DNA of 62,928 nt, counting the filler, from Neolecta irregularis DAH-3 (taxonomy: Eukaryota), in assembly GCA_001929475.1 (NCBI GenBank). It is 11 parts of 11 records of this genome, joined end to end, with 100 filler letters (N's around TTAATTAATTAA, not from the genome) between each part and the next. Parts side by side here need not be neighbours in the genome. Positions count along the whole stretch, not along the records: positions 1 to 6,733 come from LXFE01001559.1; positions 6,834 to 12,394 come from LXFE01001562.1; 9 more parts are not named here. One strand, 5' to 3'. This document shows positions 1 through 12,494 of the stretch, in pieces. A program made the translations under genes and the position numbers. Each line of letters begins with the position of its first letter. Positions within the stretch are counted from its first letter, which is position 1. The notes under the pieces are model-generated. The model made no database searches, was not told the DNA's origin, and saw nothing but the letters and a program-made list of their open reading frames with translations.

Positions 1-192
1 CTCTTGGGTTCTTGTTGTCCAGCAAGGTTTTCAACTCGGTCACTCTTCGTTTCACAAATGCTTCCTCGCAAGGCGAGGTATCACCCGGCTTGTGTGGTGC
101 AACGAGCTGGAAACCAGAAAGAGCACAAAGGAATAATGGCCTTGAAGAATAAGCAGTGTTTGGGCGAAAGGGGATAACCACGCAAAGAACAT
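1..192 (-). CDS. Possible 5' end of a secreted protein gene, running off the window
   Basis: ATG at 192. Removing a short GTTATC...CAAG intron gives MFFAWPLFLCALSGFQLVAPHKPGDTSPCEEAFVKRRVTELKTLLDNKNPR, with a hydrophobic N-terminus and an open frame to the window edge. Confidence 0.35.
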
Positions 193-440
193 GGTGATAT
201 CAAGGTCAGTGAGGGTCTTGTAGCAAGAGCTAAATTTTATTTAAATTCAACTTGTGAGTCTGATGCAGCTTTGATCAATATGAAACATAGCCCTCCGAGA
301 CCTTGTTCAACGGATATTAGTGTCTGAGTGGCCAATTTTAGGTCTTTTGTATTCAACGAGAATCAAACAAATTGAGTTGAGCAAGGTTTGAACATTTGGA
401 TAATATCAATATTGCTGTTCACATGGATGTTGACCCTTAT

Positions 441-670
441 TGTAATTGCAGAATAAGACTATTATATCTAGCCTAAGGTGTGGGCACTTGGCTAGGGCTG
501 CGTTTGGTGAATTTTCGGAAAAGTCATTTTATAAAACGTGGAGGGCACCAAACGCGCTCCTAAAATTCGAATTTTTTTAAAAGCCACATTTTATGGAATT
601 TGACGAGCTCCAAACGCACCTAAGTATATTAACGTGAAACAATATACTATGCTATACACTTTATCCCTTT
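441..670 (+). mobile_element. Degenerate solo-LTR-like repeat interrupted by a MITE
   Basis: TGTAA...GAATAAGAC...CTAGCCTAAG...CTTGGCTAG matches the repeat starting at 43810. The right boundary is approximate. Confidence 0.5.
495..620. mobile_element. PIF/Harbinger (Tourist-like) MITE, about 126 bp
   Basis: Imperfect terminal inverted repeats GGGCTGCGTTTGG (495) and CCAAACGCACC (610-620), followed by TAA. A similar end, TTA-GGGTGCGTTCG, is at 54217. Confidence 0.6.
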
Positions 671-912
671 GTTCCCTCTATCCAACCTGCCCAACCGCCC
701 ACCGGAGCGCCGGCGGGTGGGCGATTCCGGCCACTTTGGCTGGCGGTTGGACGCCCTGATTGCGATCCCTAATAGGATTCAGGTTGTTGATTTAAAATCT
801 TCGTCATAATACTTTGGGTGAGGGCAATAGGAACATCTATATCAATTTACCCGACGTCTGCTGATGATTAAAGTGCTTCTTTTGCCATAAATAAGGTAGC
901 GAAGAACCGTTA

Positions 913-1581
913 TTAGTCCCCATTTCTCCATTTATTGAATTCCTCTTCTAAATGTCTTTTCAGTTCCACAAATCTTTTCCCGTAATTCTTGCCACACCTC
1001 CAGCATACGAAATCTTTATTCAAATAGCCCATCTCTGTCGGCTTGCGCCTTTCATCGTCTTTCTCTAAGGGAAAGTCATCCAATGGAATAAAAAATGGCG
1101 TGTTAAATGAATTATAATGCTTTTTATTTTTCAGGCTTTCCGAGTGCATATCTTTGGAGATTATGTGAATGTGCAAATGTGACATTGAAGGGATCGCATG
1201 AGTGCCGACCCGAATTTCCTCATTCCATGATCGTGTGGATCCAAATTTGCGCAGTAGGTCGCCTGTTGCGAGTTCTTTCACTTTTAGAGCTTCTGATTTT
1301 ACTGATTCGAGAAACTTGATATCCGATAGCGCTTCAAACGGATGGAGATTCGAGTTTTTATGAGGTAGTAGGAGTAAATGTATTGTTGCCTAATATATCA
1401 ATATTTTTCTGATTGTCTTGATAATCAATACTTTGGGATAGGCATCCCGAACCAATGTAAATTCGTCCGAATATGATATGATCTGTTTTGAATTTGCTTT
1501 TGGATTTTTTATGTATTCTCCTAGTCCATCTCTCCAGCTTAATATTTTCAATGAAGGACCTTTAGGAGGCTTTGTAGTCAT
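913..1581 (-). CDS. HNT3: Aprataxin-like HIT hydrolase with C-terminal zinc finger (2 exons)
   Basis: HAIPSMSHLHIHIIS HIT motif, KHYNSFNTPFF and CWRC...H..EE finger. A 42-nt intron (1390-1431) joins DAYPK|ATIHLLLLP. Confidence 0.93.
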
Positions 1582-2616
1582 CAGCTCGTCAACTACAGTT
1601 TAGAAAGTTGCCGCAGACAAAAGTGTACATGCAGATCGTTTTTTCGCACTCAAGTTTGACGGTGCTGACATTCTATTACCAGCCTTGGTGGGAGAATAGT
1701 TTCAATGACGTCAACTTTCCAATCTACTTCATTCGAACCACTGCTGCGTAGTCTTGACCACACCCTGGATCCTTTTTTGATGTCGTATATAGGAAAAAGC
1801 ACTCACTTTGAACAGGGCAAAAGTTGACGGGCTTTCAAGAAATATGAAAGCCTTTTCATTTCTTATCTTGATGTCACCTTTTTACAATTTCAGGTTTAAC
1901 CATAGTGTTTTCTCTACAGAAACAGTGTATTTTTCTTATTTTAGAAAAGAATTTTATAACTGTCTCTAAAGATTCAGGATCTAAATCTACGATTTTATGT
2001 CCGTTAAGAAATAAGAGTCAAATTGTAAATATATAGGTTGACCATCGTGAGCTTACAACAGAATATAGAAATAGTGTAGATTCACATAATGCAAGTGTAA
2101 ACCCCGCCGGACCTGGCTACACCCGAACGGTCTTTAGCTGAATATGACTTGGTTCATGTTTCATTTACCTCCCAGGAGATCTTAGTGTACGGATACCTAT
2201 TCTCACTTGCTTATGAACTGAGAAACTCCATGCAGGAGAATAGTGAACTTTACAGGATCATGGTAAGAGTTTGTCTGAGGTAAGCGAGTGGGAAGGAGCT
2301 TGATAAATTCTTGTGAGCAATTTAAACGTTAAATATTTCATATCAAGTTGTATAAAGCAGACTGTCTACTCCAATTTCGTCAAGACACTAATAGCGATAT
2401 TTAAAAGGAATACATTATCCGCAATCTCAGCTTTATATAAAACCACAAATCACTTTGTCCAATTCTTAGCCGGATTTGTTTATTTTTAGAATTTATTTAT
2501 AATTCAAAGCTTATTACATATGAAACTAGGCTTGGACCGCTCTTGGCAGAGAGGCGGCCCCTTCATGGCAAAAAGGCGTAGGCTTTATCCAATCCCCAGC
2601 TTCCCACCCATCAACA

Positions 2617-4912
2617 ATGCGCTTACCCTTCAAGAAATCAAATTCGCATACAGAATTATCGACTGAACGACGACCCTCGGCTCCTGTTCCTCGACTCGCT
2701 CCGGGTCCACCACCTCCTCCATCCCGAGAATATGTTCCTCAATTTCTTTCAGTGAAGCAAGATGAATGGGTACACCAGCGAGTCCTCTTGATATACGGTA
2801 GAGTCGGTCCGGAGACGAGATTCGATGCGACTATAGCTGTATCTACCAAAAGCGATTCTTTTCCAACTCAAACATGGCCAGTGACCGATTCCCATTTTAA
2901 AGTATTGGTACAACTTGTTCCCGGTCCAAATACATTCGACTTTGTATTTTTCCCTCCAGAAGGAATGGGATTTAATACATCTACTGGATCCCTTTTAATA
3001 AATTATCTTCCATTACTTCAAGCCCCGCCAATTCATTTGGTAATATTAATGGGAAGCGACTCGTCTGGAACATTTGATTCACTTCCCGGAAAACGAAATG
3101 ATCTTCAAGAAGCGATTAGAAAATTTAGAATGGCGGGTTATTTATGGCAAGCGTTTACTGGAGAACAAATGTTTCGGAATGGAATGGGAAGGCGGTGTTT
3201 CCGGTTAGACGAAGAATGGATAAAAGATACACTTTCAAATGGGAATTCAAACCCAGAAACGACGGCACGGATTCATCTAGTAAAATCGTCGTTGACAGTT
3301 TCTCGTACATTGTTGTATTTCTCATGGATTTAATGGGAATAGAACTCCGAGATCCCGATCTTGCTCAACAGAATAAGAATGGAACACGGACAGGGGGTTT
3401 ATTTGATATCGCACTTGATGCCCTGCGATCTTATGGATTCCAGGGGAAATGTTATATTTCTTGTCTGCTTCTTGATGCGAATTATAACAAGGACTTGAAT
3501 TTAATAACGGGTCATGCAGCCCTAGGTGGGGGCGCAGGTGACATTCAACTCGGGATATTCGGGTCACATACACTATGGGCTTGGCCAAGTTGTTTTGAAC
3601 AAGTGGTCACTGCGGTACTATTATCCTTTTTTCCAACATGCTTATAATAGTTTATGGATGAGACACCTGCTGATACGAATTACGTTGGTATAGATGGTGA
3701 AGGGTCCGTCGCTTGGTACGCATAACCAAAACAAGGCTGATAGTATAGGCAAGCCGCAAACGTTGGTCTAGGCGCAATGCTTCATGAATTAGGACACGCC
3801 TTGGGTTGTCCTCACCAACCAGACGGTAAGACCAGCTCAATTGCAAAAAGATTAATATTAGGTATCATGTTGAGAGGTTACACGATTTTCAATCGGACAT
3901 TTATGACAAATGTATGTCTTGCATATTCAACCATTTCATTCCAGGAACCATATAATCACCGAACGCAAACCCCCGGTCTTCGTCCAGTTCTTCCCAAAGA
4001 TGAAGTTGGCACACGATGGCATCGACTAGACGTCATTCGATTCCGGTACCATCCTACATTTCGTCTTCCAAACGTATCACCTCCTTTTTCTTCCATAGTG
4101 ACACAAAAAGGAACTAGCTCCCCACGGGACTTGCCCGTTATTCTATGCGCTGGAAAACGGGGTAGTTTTATCCTGTCGAGCTGGTATAATATTAATTGAA
4201 ATCCACGTGGACGGGCAATGTAAAAGTCACATTGAATATATTAATCATCCTGAACATCACTTATTCCTCTACGAACAAGACCTTTTAAAAAGAGTCAACT
4301 GTAATACAGGGACACCTTTAAAATTAGTCGCGTTATCAGCAAATCAAAAATCAGTTGGAGTAGACAACTTTAATCACCTTTTGAACTCGAATTTTAACGA
4401 TGAATATGGAACTGTTTGCGTTTCAGGGTTAGTAGGACAGGCAAAATTACCAGGATCAGAAAAATTCGAGATCCTTTGGAAGTCGGAAATAGTAAACATT
4501 CGTATGAGATTCTTTATTTCATAAAGGGTTGACAGGAATGTAGGAGTGTATTGGGGCGATGAATTAGACGGTTTAGAATTCATTTATGGGGACGGTTCAG
4601 TACATCTCGTCGGCAAGATCACGGAAAAACAATCAGATTTTCCAATTGATGGATTTGGTAATGAGACAATTGAGACGATTTACATACGAGCTGGATATTG
4701 GATAGATGGTTTAAGTGTACGCTGCATCATTTTTACGTTTTGATTAACCTTAGTTTATGACGTCATTTGGACGTAAAAGTCCATTTTGGGGGAATAGAAA
4801 GGGGGGATCGGCGTATGAGTTGGTTGCGCCAACAGGTTACAAGATTATTGGAATTTATGGTAGTGCAGCTAACTGGTGTGATAGTTTTGGAATTTTGTAT
4901 AGGTCTGTCTAG
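2617..4912 (+). CDS. Putative zinc metallopeptidase (YIL108W-like) with C-terminal jacalin-like domain, multi-exon
   Basis: KFRMAGYLWQAFTGEQM, ITGHAALGGG, LGIFGSH and the HELGH (HExxH) motif. C-terminal GDELDGLEF, IRAGYWIDGL and IGIYGS are jacalin-like repeats. Stop TAG at 4910-4912. Confidence 0.88.
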
Positions 4913-4992
4913 TATTATCGGTCACGTGGTCGCAGAGCTTTTAGTTGCAGTAATTTTAAAGAACACCCTCACTGAAATTCCCACAAAATCAA

Positions 4993-6582
4993 ATGTTGTC
5001 CATGCGTCGAATGTCTGTCCGATTGGCAGCCAACGTCCGCCGAGCGTCTATTTGGGTCAATGTCCGCCGGGCATCTACCTGGGTCAACGTCCAAGCCGGC
5101 CCCCCTGATCCAATTCTAGGTCATTTATAATTTTATCACAATTGACAGAATAGGAGTAACCGAAGCCTTTAAAGCCGATTCCTTTCCCAAAAAGATCAAT
5201 CTAGGTAGGACCAAAACTTGGGGGATCAACTGAAAAATTAGGCGTGGGCGCTTATCGATCAGATGATGGAAAACCGTACGTTTTACCCGCAGTACGACAA
5301 GCAGAACAAATTATTTTTTCCAAACAACTTGATATGGAGTATGCAGCGATTACTGGGATCGAGAATTTCACTCGACTTGCAGCTGAATTGGCGTATGGAA
5401 AACATTCGAATGTGTTAAAGGAAAACCGACTTGCAATAACTCAATCTATCTCAGGTACGGTTACATAATCTTTCAAACTCAGTTTCAGGCACGGGTGCGT
5501 TGCGAATTGGAGGAGAGTTTTTATCGCGGTTTCACGGCAACAAGGCGGTTTACCTTCCTTCTCCCAGCTGGGGCAACCATACACCTATATTCCGGGATTG
5601 TGGACTTGAGGTCAAACAATACAGATACTATGATAAATCTTCGATAGGGTTAGATATCGAGGGAATGTTGACGGATATCAAGGAAGCAAAAGAAGGGTCT
5701 ATATTTTTAGTTCATGCGTGTGCGCATAATCCTACTGGCGTAGATCCAACGGTTGAGCAATGGCATGAAATTTCCGCCGAATTGAAGAGGAAGGGCCATT
5801 TTGTGTTTGTGGATATGGCATATCAGGTATAGATTAGGGAACTTGCGGGGTTGATGATAGGGATTTGCGAGTGGTGATACTGATCGGGACGCTTATGCAC
5901 TAAGACACCTTGTTGAGAATGGGCATGAATTGTGTCTTGCGCAGTCGTTTGCGAAGAACATGGTATGCCATTGGGGTGACTGGCTAAGGGTAGGGATTGT
6001 ATGGCGAACGTGTTGGGGCATTCTCTATTATTACAGGCACGATTGTGAGATTTGTGTATTTTCTAAGGACAGGATCTGAGGAGGAGAGGAAGCGAGTGGA
6101 GAGCCAGATTAAAATACTGATCCGACCGATGTACTCAAACCCGCCTGTGCACGGTGCGCGGATTGCAGCCGAGGTAATGGGGAACGCGAGCCTGCGGGGG
6201 CAGTGGCTGGAGGAGGTAAAGGGGATGGCTGAGCGGATTATCTCTATGCGTAGGTGGTTGTAGGCGTGGGCGCTGACGAGAGGGACGCGGCTGCGGGATA
6301 TGCTGGAGCAGGAACTCAAGTCGAGCCGCGACTGGGGCCACATCACCAGCCAGATTGGTACTTGCTACTCGGGGTTGGCATGCTAACGGGAGGGATGTTT
6401 TGCTTCACCGGGCTCAGCAGCGGGCAGGTGGAGCGGCTGATGCGGGAGCAGCATGTGTATCTGACCCGGGACGGGCGGATAAGCATTGCCGGTGTCGGCT
6501 CGGGAAATGTCGCGTAAGTGCCCTGGCGGCCGTGCTGACCCCGAGATACCTGGCCGAGAGCATCCACCGGGTGACGGCGTAG
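4993..6582 (+). CDS. AAT1: Mitochondrial aspartate aminotransferase, multi-exon
   Basis: Arg-rich presequence [19 protein letters not shown], then [45 protein letters not shown] and YLTRDGRIS. Confidence 0.95.
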
Positions 6583-6733
6583 ATAGCGCTATAGACAAGA
6601 TACATGTCGTGATAGCGTAGATAGCGCTATAGACAAGATACATGCCGTGATGGCGTAGATGCCGCTGCAGACATGATACATGCCGTGATGGCGTAGATGC
6701 CGCTACAGACATGATACATGCCGTGATGGCGTA
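6571..6733. repeat. Tandem repeat of about 38 bp, about 4 copies, overlapping the AAT stop codon and 3' UTR
   Basis: Unit GTGATGGCGTAGATGCCGCTACAGACATGATACATGCC with variants, running into the contig end. Confidence 0.85.
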
Positions 6734-6833
6734 NNNNNNNNNNNNNNNNNNNNNNNNNNNNNNNNNNNNNNNNNNNNTTAATTAATTAANNNNNNNNNNN
6801 NNNNNNNNNNNNNNNNNNNNNNNNNNNNNNNNN
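6734..6833. other. Artificial 100-bp contig spacer; others at 12395, 13701, 16092, 17361, 23397, 24817, 54285, 58076 and 61749
   Basis: N44-TTAATTAATTAA-N44, which has stops in all six frames, occurs identically ten times. Confidence 0.98.
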
Positions 6834-6980
6834 AAGATGCCAATTAAAATTTGATCACCTCTCTGCAAGGAAGAAATTCTGAGTCAATATTTTAAATATG
6901 ATCTCAGCCACATATTGTTGGGTCGGATATATAACTGGGACTTCAATTGATCTCCCTTCCAAACCAAAGTTTAACTTGCA

Positions 6981-7199
6981 ATGAAGCTCGTCATCCTTTT
7001 CTCCGCTTTAGCCTTTGCTGCACCATACTTAAACAAACTCCGTGGATCCAATTCACAAACTCACCCCCCCTTGAAGTCTGTAAATTCACAAGAGAAGCCC
7101 GGATATTTTTATATAAAAGACATTCGCGGTCTCAGGCCGGAGAATTCGGATCAACAGCCCATGGATTGGTTTAGCAAACCCAAAAAATTGGCTATTTGA
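6981..7199 (+). CDS. Small secreted protein, 72 aa, orphan
   Basis: Signal peptide MKLVILFSALAFAAP and a TATA-like ATATATAA about 50 bp upstream. Confidence 0.6.
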   Translation: MKLVILFSALAFAAPYLNKLRGSNSQTHPPLKSVNSQEKPGYFYIKDIRGLRPENSDQQPMDWFSKPKKLAI

Positions 7200-7994
7200 C
7201 AAGTATAATCTTGATTTTATTCAATCGTCGCGAAATTCTTGTTCGTCGATTCAGAAAACTCGCCGATATTCATCTGTAAGCGATCGTCGAACACTTTTCC
7301 AACATCTGTTAAGACCGAGATTTCCTTCTTTCTCATTACATAGAAACTAGCAATTCCGTTTTGCTATGTATATGAATATTGTCATGTTTTCTATTTGCTA
7401 TTGTTATCTATCATTTAGTTCTCGCGACAGTGCAGTTTTTCACTTTTTCTTTTCATCGTACTTTATTGTCTCACTTTCCACTCTAGATTTCAATCTCCAA
7501 GACAGCCCTCAGGATGCCTATGCGCCCATGAACTGCTTCTGACTCCATGCTTTCTTCAGTTCCAACGTCTCCACTCAGTCGCCGCTATATATTGCTTTTT
7601 CGAGGCATCTGGGGATGACCTGTGGCACTGAAGTGATACAACTAATTTGTGCAGATATTTAAGGGATTTCATTTTATTTCTTTTCTGTGATCTTTATCTG
7701 ACTGCTATAACCCATGTGGCTGTATTGGTTTTCTATAAGCAGCATTATAGCAGCTCCTTAGCGGGGTCCGGTATGCTCTATCGTTCCAAGCCAAGAATCT
7801 AAGAATTGTTTTATTATCCAGCCAATGTCATGCTAATCACTCCAAAAACAACTCAACTTGCGCGTATACCCCACATCTCCGAGTTCCTCCTCCTCTCTCT
7901 CCCTTTTATGTGTCTGCTTCTTGTTCTTTGTATTTGTTCTCAATAATAGACTTCTAGAGGGAACCTCTCTAGTAACGGCATTTAAGGCGCCTAT

Positions 7995-8344
7995 TTTCTA
8001 TTGTTAGGGTCAATCATCTACTTTCTGTATGCGATCTCTACGACCCCGCAATGCCAGATACGCCCGCGTTCACCAGTATAATGCGCATAACTTGGGGCTA
8101 GAATTTGCATGACGTTAAACCGCATATCTTAGGGTTAAAGTTCGGATGAGATTCATGTGCATATNNNNNNNNNNTTTCTATTGTTAGGGTCAATCATCTA
8201 CTTTCTGTATGCGATCTCCACGACCCCGCAATGCCAGATACGCCCGCGTTCACCAGTATAATGCGCATAACTTGGGGTTAGAATTTGCATGACGTTAAAC
8301 CGCATATCTTAGGGTTAAAGTTCGGATGAGATTCATGTGCATAT
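7995..8344. repeat. 170-bp duplication flanking a 10-N gap (probable uncollapsed overlap)
   Basis: 7995-8164 matches 8175-8344 apart from 2 substitutions. Confidence 0.85.
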
Positions 8345-8568
8345 CCTCTATGTCTCCGGATGTGGTGGAGGGGTGTTGGAAAATTATCTTGTACTTTGTC
8401 TCAGATTCACGTTTGTCCGGATTCGTTGATAGACTTGAGATATCCGGCTTTTTATCCGCCGCTTTCGAATGCCCAGCGATTCAGTATTTTTATCTACCTG
8501 ATCGAGTGGTAGCGACACATATCAACTTTTAGCTTTTTGTCTAAGTCTACACAATCGAGCTTTATGTC

Positions 8569-11213
8569 ATGAAAGGAAAGTCCCTTTTGTCAAAGGTTTC
8601 AAGATCAGCTGCCACCAAGAATTTCTTCAGCGCTGCAGAATACGTACAGTTACTTTATTTGTCTTCTTTTAAATGCAAGCATGACCCAAATCTTCCCAAA
8701 TCTTCGTGCAAAAAGGATACAGAGTGTCCTTTTCTTGAAGAGGAGTATGGCGGCGAGGCACACCCTTCTGACAGTCCATATCCAGAGGTTGTTGCAAGTT
8801 TTGTCCTCTCCGCTTATTATACAAGGTTAGGGCAGCCATTTCAAACGTTGACGATCCTGCAATGCCGGTCGCTACTATCCGTATGTGGGTGATAGGGATA
8901 ATGTTGGTCGTTGCGGGGACTTCTCTAAACACAGTACAAATTACCGTGCTTATTCCTCTCTAACATTAGCTCTTCTTATTAAGAGAGCCTGTCTTTGTCA
9001 TTGGGCCATTTATAGCTTTACTGATCGCATACCCATGTGGACGTCTTTGGGAACGAGTCATGCCGACACATACTTTCACGACTTTCGGCTATCGGTGGTC
9101 ATTAAACCCTGGACCTTTTAATTACAAAGGTTTATCCTATTTCCGATTTTTATAACTTTTAAAAGAACATACGCTGATAACAATCATGGCCAATGCCTCT
9201 TTTTCCGGAGTTGCAATGGCAGTCGAAGTAATTCTTACTCAACGCATTCATTTTAGTCAGTCGTTTGGTTTGGCGTTCGAAATAATGTTGACTGTATCAT
9301 CACAACTAATTGGTCTTGCATTTGCTGGGCTTTCGAGGCGATTCTTGGTTTACCCAGCATCTGTTATTTGGCCGGTGATCCTGGTTCCCGCAGCACTCCT
9401 TCAGACACTTCATCAAAACACCAACGTATCCATCCTATTATCACATAGTCATTGATATATCTAGTATATCGCAAATGGTTGGAAGGTAACTCGACATCGC
9501 TTCTTTCTCTATGTTTTCTTCGCAGGCTTCATTTGGTACTGGTTCCCTGGATACTTATTTACCGCGTTATCATCTATGGCTGTCGTTACATGGATTTGGC
9601 CCAGAAATGTGCTTGTGAATCAAATCTTTGGCGCATTTCACGGTCTTGATCTCCTCCCATTCACATTTGACTGGGGTCAAATCGCAGGTAACGGGCTTTC
9701 TCCCCTTAATACTCCGTGGTGGGCACATGCAAATGTGTTGGGGGCCTTCATCTTCTGGTGCTGGATAGTGACGCCTCTTTTGCACTTCTCGAATGTATGG
9801 TATGGAAAATATTTACCAATTATCACGTCAGGTACTTACGATAATACTGGGGCATTCTTCTTACGAATGTATTTTGCTGATTATAGAACCAATACGACGT
9901 TTATCAAATTCTTACTCCCGAGACCACTCTTGATCTTCGAAAGTACAAATCGTATAGTCCATTATTTCTTTCTACTTCTGTCGCGTTATATTATGCAATG
10001 GGCTTCGCTAATATTACCTCGGCCCTTATACATACCTTAATCTACCATAGAGAGGATATTTTTCAGCACTTTCGAAAGTCCCACAAACAACATATCGATA
10101 TACATAGTCAGTTGATGCGAAATTATCGTGAAGTGTAATTTTTCTGCTTAAGCAATAGACTGATATTAGACCATACTGGTGGTATAGCTTTCTTGGAATC
10201 ATTGCATTCGTCATGGCAGTTGCCGTTTGTGAAATCTGGGATTCTCAACTACCATGGTGGGGTCTCGGTTTGAGTCTTTTATTTGCAATGATATTCTTCC
10301 TGCCATATGGATTCGTTCAAGGAATCACAAACCTTTCAATCGCAACACCGACTCTCTTCCAGCTCATTTGCGGCTACCTGCTCCCCGGTCGACCCGTTGC
10401 AAATGCCCTGTTCAAAACTTATGGATACGTAGCGATTTGTGGTGGCCTTGAAACTGTATCGAGTTTAAAATTCGGTCATTACATGAAGATTCCTCCGCGG
10501 ACCTTATTCTCGGTGCAGGTCTCCGCGATATTAATAAGTTGTTTTATCCAGATCGCGATAGTTCTTTGGAGTCTTGATAACATCAAAGGAATCTGCACTG
10601 AAGCGGCGGTAAATAATTTTACTTGTCCGGATACCTACGCATACTTTCACGCAGCCATCATATGGGGTGTTATCGGTCCGCAGAGGCTATTCGGAGCAGG
10701 CCAAATTTACCATTGCCTTCTTTACTTTCTTTTGCTTGGGGCTCTTGCTCCGATCATTGTCCATTTCTTTGCGAAAAGGTTTGCGAAAAATTGGATGCAC
10801 ATGATTTATACTCCTTTGTTCTTTGGCGCATTGTTGGTTCCCCCTTTGACGGCTCGTAATTATGTATATTACAATCCTTGGGAGTTGCTGATCTTCAGAT
10901 TTCTTGGTCTGTCGTTGGATTTATCTTCAATTATGTTGTTAAACGCCGCTTTTTGTCCTGGTGGTCAAAAGTAACTTACCCAGCAACACTCTATCTGACT
11001 TCTCAGTACAACTATGTGCTCTCCGCTGCGTTAGATACGTCTATGTTGTTTGCAGCTCTTGCTATCTTTCTTTGCACGTCTCTGCTTGGTTCTCAGCCCA
11101 GCTACTGGACAAATTGGTGGGGAAACAATGTTGCTTATGACACAGAGGATTTCGTGGCTACGCCGCTAGTGAAATTGCGTGAAGGCGAAATATTTGGCCC
11201 AAGAGTATGGTAG
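8569..11213 (+). CDS. OPT family oligopeptide transporter, multi-exon
   Basis: HDPNLP, DSPYPEV, NPGPFNYKEHTLITIMAN, SSQLIG.AFAG..RRFLVYP, LKFGHYMKIPPR, YNYVLSAALD and FGPRVW. Confidence 0.93.
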
Positions 11214-11811
11214 AATAAAAGAGAAGTGTTATTAAAGCTTGATTTTGGACTTCGACTGCCGCTGTCGTTTACATTACCGCTGTATCTATAATTGTTAATG
11301 AAAAAGGAAGTAATTGCATTCTCTGCTCTATCCAAATTTATTTCACACAATTTTCAGAGCAATCCTACCGGGTAAGGCTCACCATCGTGAACACTCAGAG
11401 ATTGGGAATAGATATAGTTCCTTTTCACCACTGGTTAGCAGCGCTAACATTCCAGCGCAGGAGGTCCTTGGACTGGCTAGTCAGCTCCCGACCTGTCAGC
11501 GAGAACGTTGCAAATTTACTCATCACTAATTCCTCCAGCCATTTTACTTGACAAAGGAATAATTTCTAGGTTTCTTCTGGGGACTTTTGATGACATAAAT
11601 CATACGGTTTAGAGTCTTGAGATGGACAGGCTGGTAAGAACGATTGGTCATAGTCCAAAACATGACTTGCACATTCTCGCTGCATATGTCAATACCTCAA
11701 ATAAAGGTGGAACAATTTTCTAGTCAGCTAGAGTTCCCGGTGGGACATTCTCCAAATCAATAGAATGGTGTAACTTGGACTATGTAGTAAGACTAGTCAG
11801 ATGGTTAATAG

Positions 11812-12035
11812 TTTGGGATTGAAAAAAAATGAAGTTTGAGTACCCGCAACCGCTGACGCGCGCGACAAAACATTATTAACCACAATCGCACAAACCACCT
11901 AGCAGTAGTCTTTCCCAANNNNNNNNNNATTTGGGATTGAAGAAAATGGAGTTTGAGTACCCGCAACCACTGACGCGCGCGACAAAACATTATTAACCAC
12001 AATCGCACAAACCACCTAGCAGTAGTCTTTCCCAA
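11812..12035. repeat. About 107-bp duplication flanking a 10-N gap
   Basis: 11812-11918 is nearly identical to about 11930-12035, with a few substitutions and an indel. Confidence 0.8.
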
Positions 12036-12088
12036 GGCTCGGTTCATCTCGTGCTATCAAAATCTGGAGGAGTCACCACTCTTCAACC

Positions 12089-12394
12089 ATGATCTTAAGC
12101 AACGACCAGGTGATTACTATCGTCACGCAAGATCACACTGATCATCTAGTTTCTTGCCAAATTATCTGAATTATTCCATGCTCAAAAAGATAAAGGAACA
12201 GTCTACTTGACTCAAAAGCGTCGTACGGGGTACACTCACCGCGATAGAGACTCATCTTTCAGAGTCATTTGGGGTACAAACTAGTTCTAAGGGACACGAG
12301 GATCTCGTTGATTTAGATCCGTCGTATGTATATCCTGTATTACTACGCGCGACGGACGGGAAGAAATTCAAGGTATCGACGCTTGTCGAGGATG
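12089..12394 (+). CDS. SRP14: Signal recognition particle subunit SRP14, 3' truncated by spacer (absent from the ORF track)
   Basis: Spliced product MILSNDQ|FLAKLSELFHAQKDKGTVYLTQKR|...YPVLLRATDGKKFKVSTLVED. Confidence 0.9.
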
Positions 12395-12494
12395 NNNNNN
12401 NNNNNNNNNNNNNNNNNNNNNNNNNNNNNNNNNNNNNNTTAATTAATTAANNNNNNNNNNNNNNNNNNNNNNNNNNNNNNNNNNNNNNNNNNNN

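Noticed and set aside
6734..6833. TTAATTAATTAA palindrome recurring ten times
   Set aside because: It is always centred in an exact 100-bp N spacer, so it is an assembly linker. ORFs ending in X-runs are artefactually bounded.
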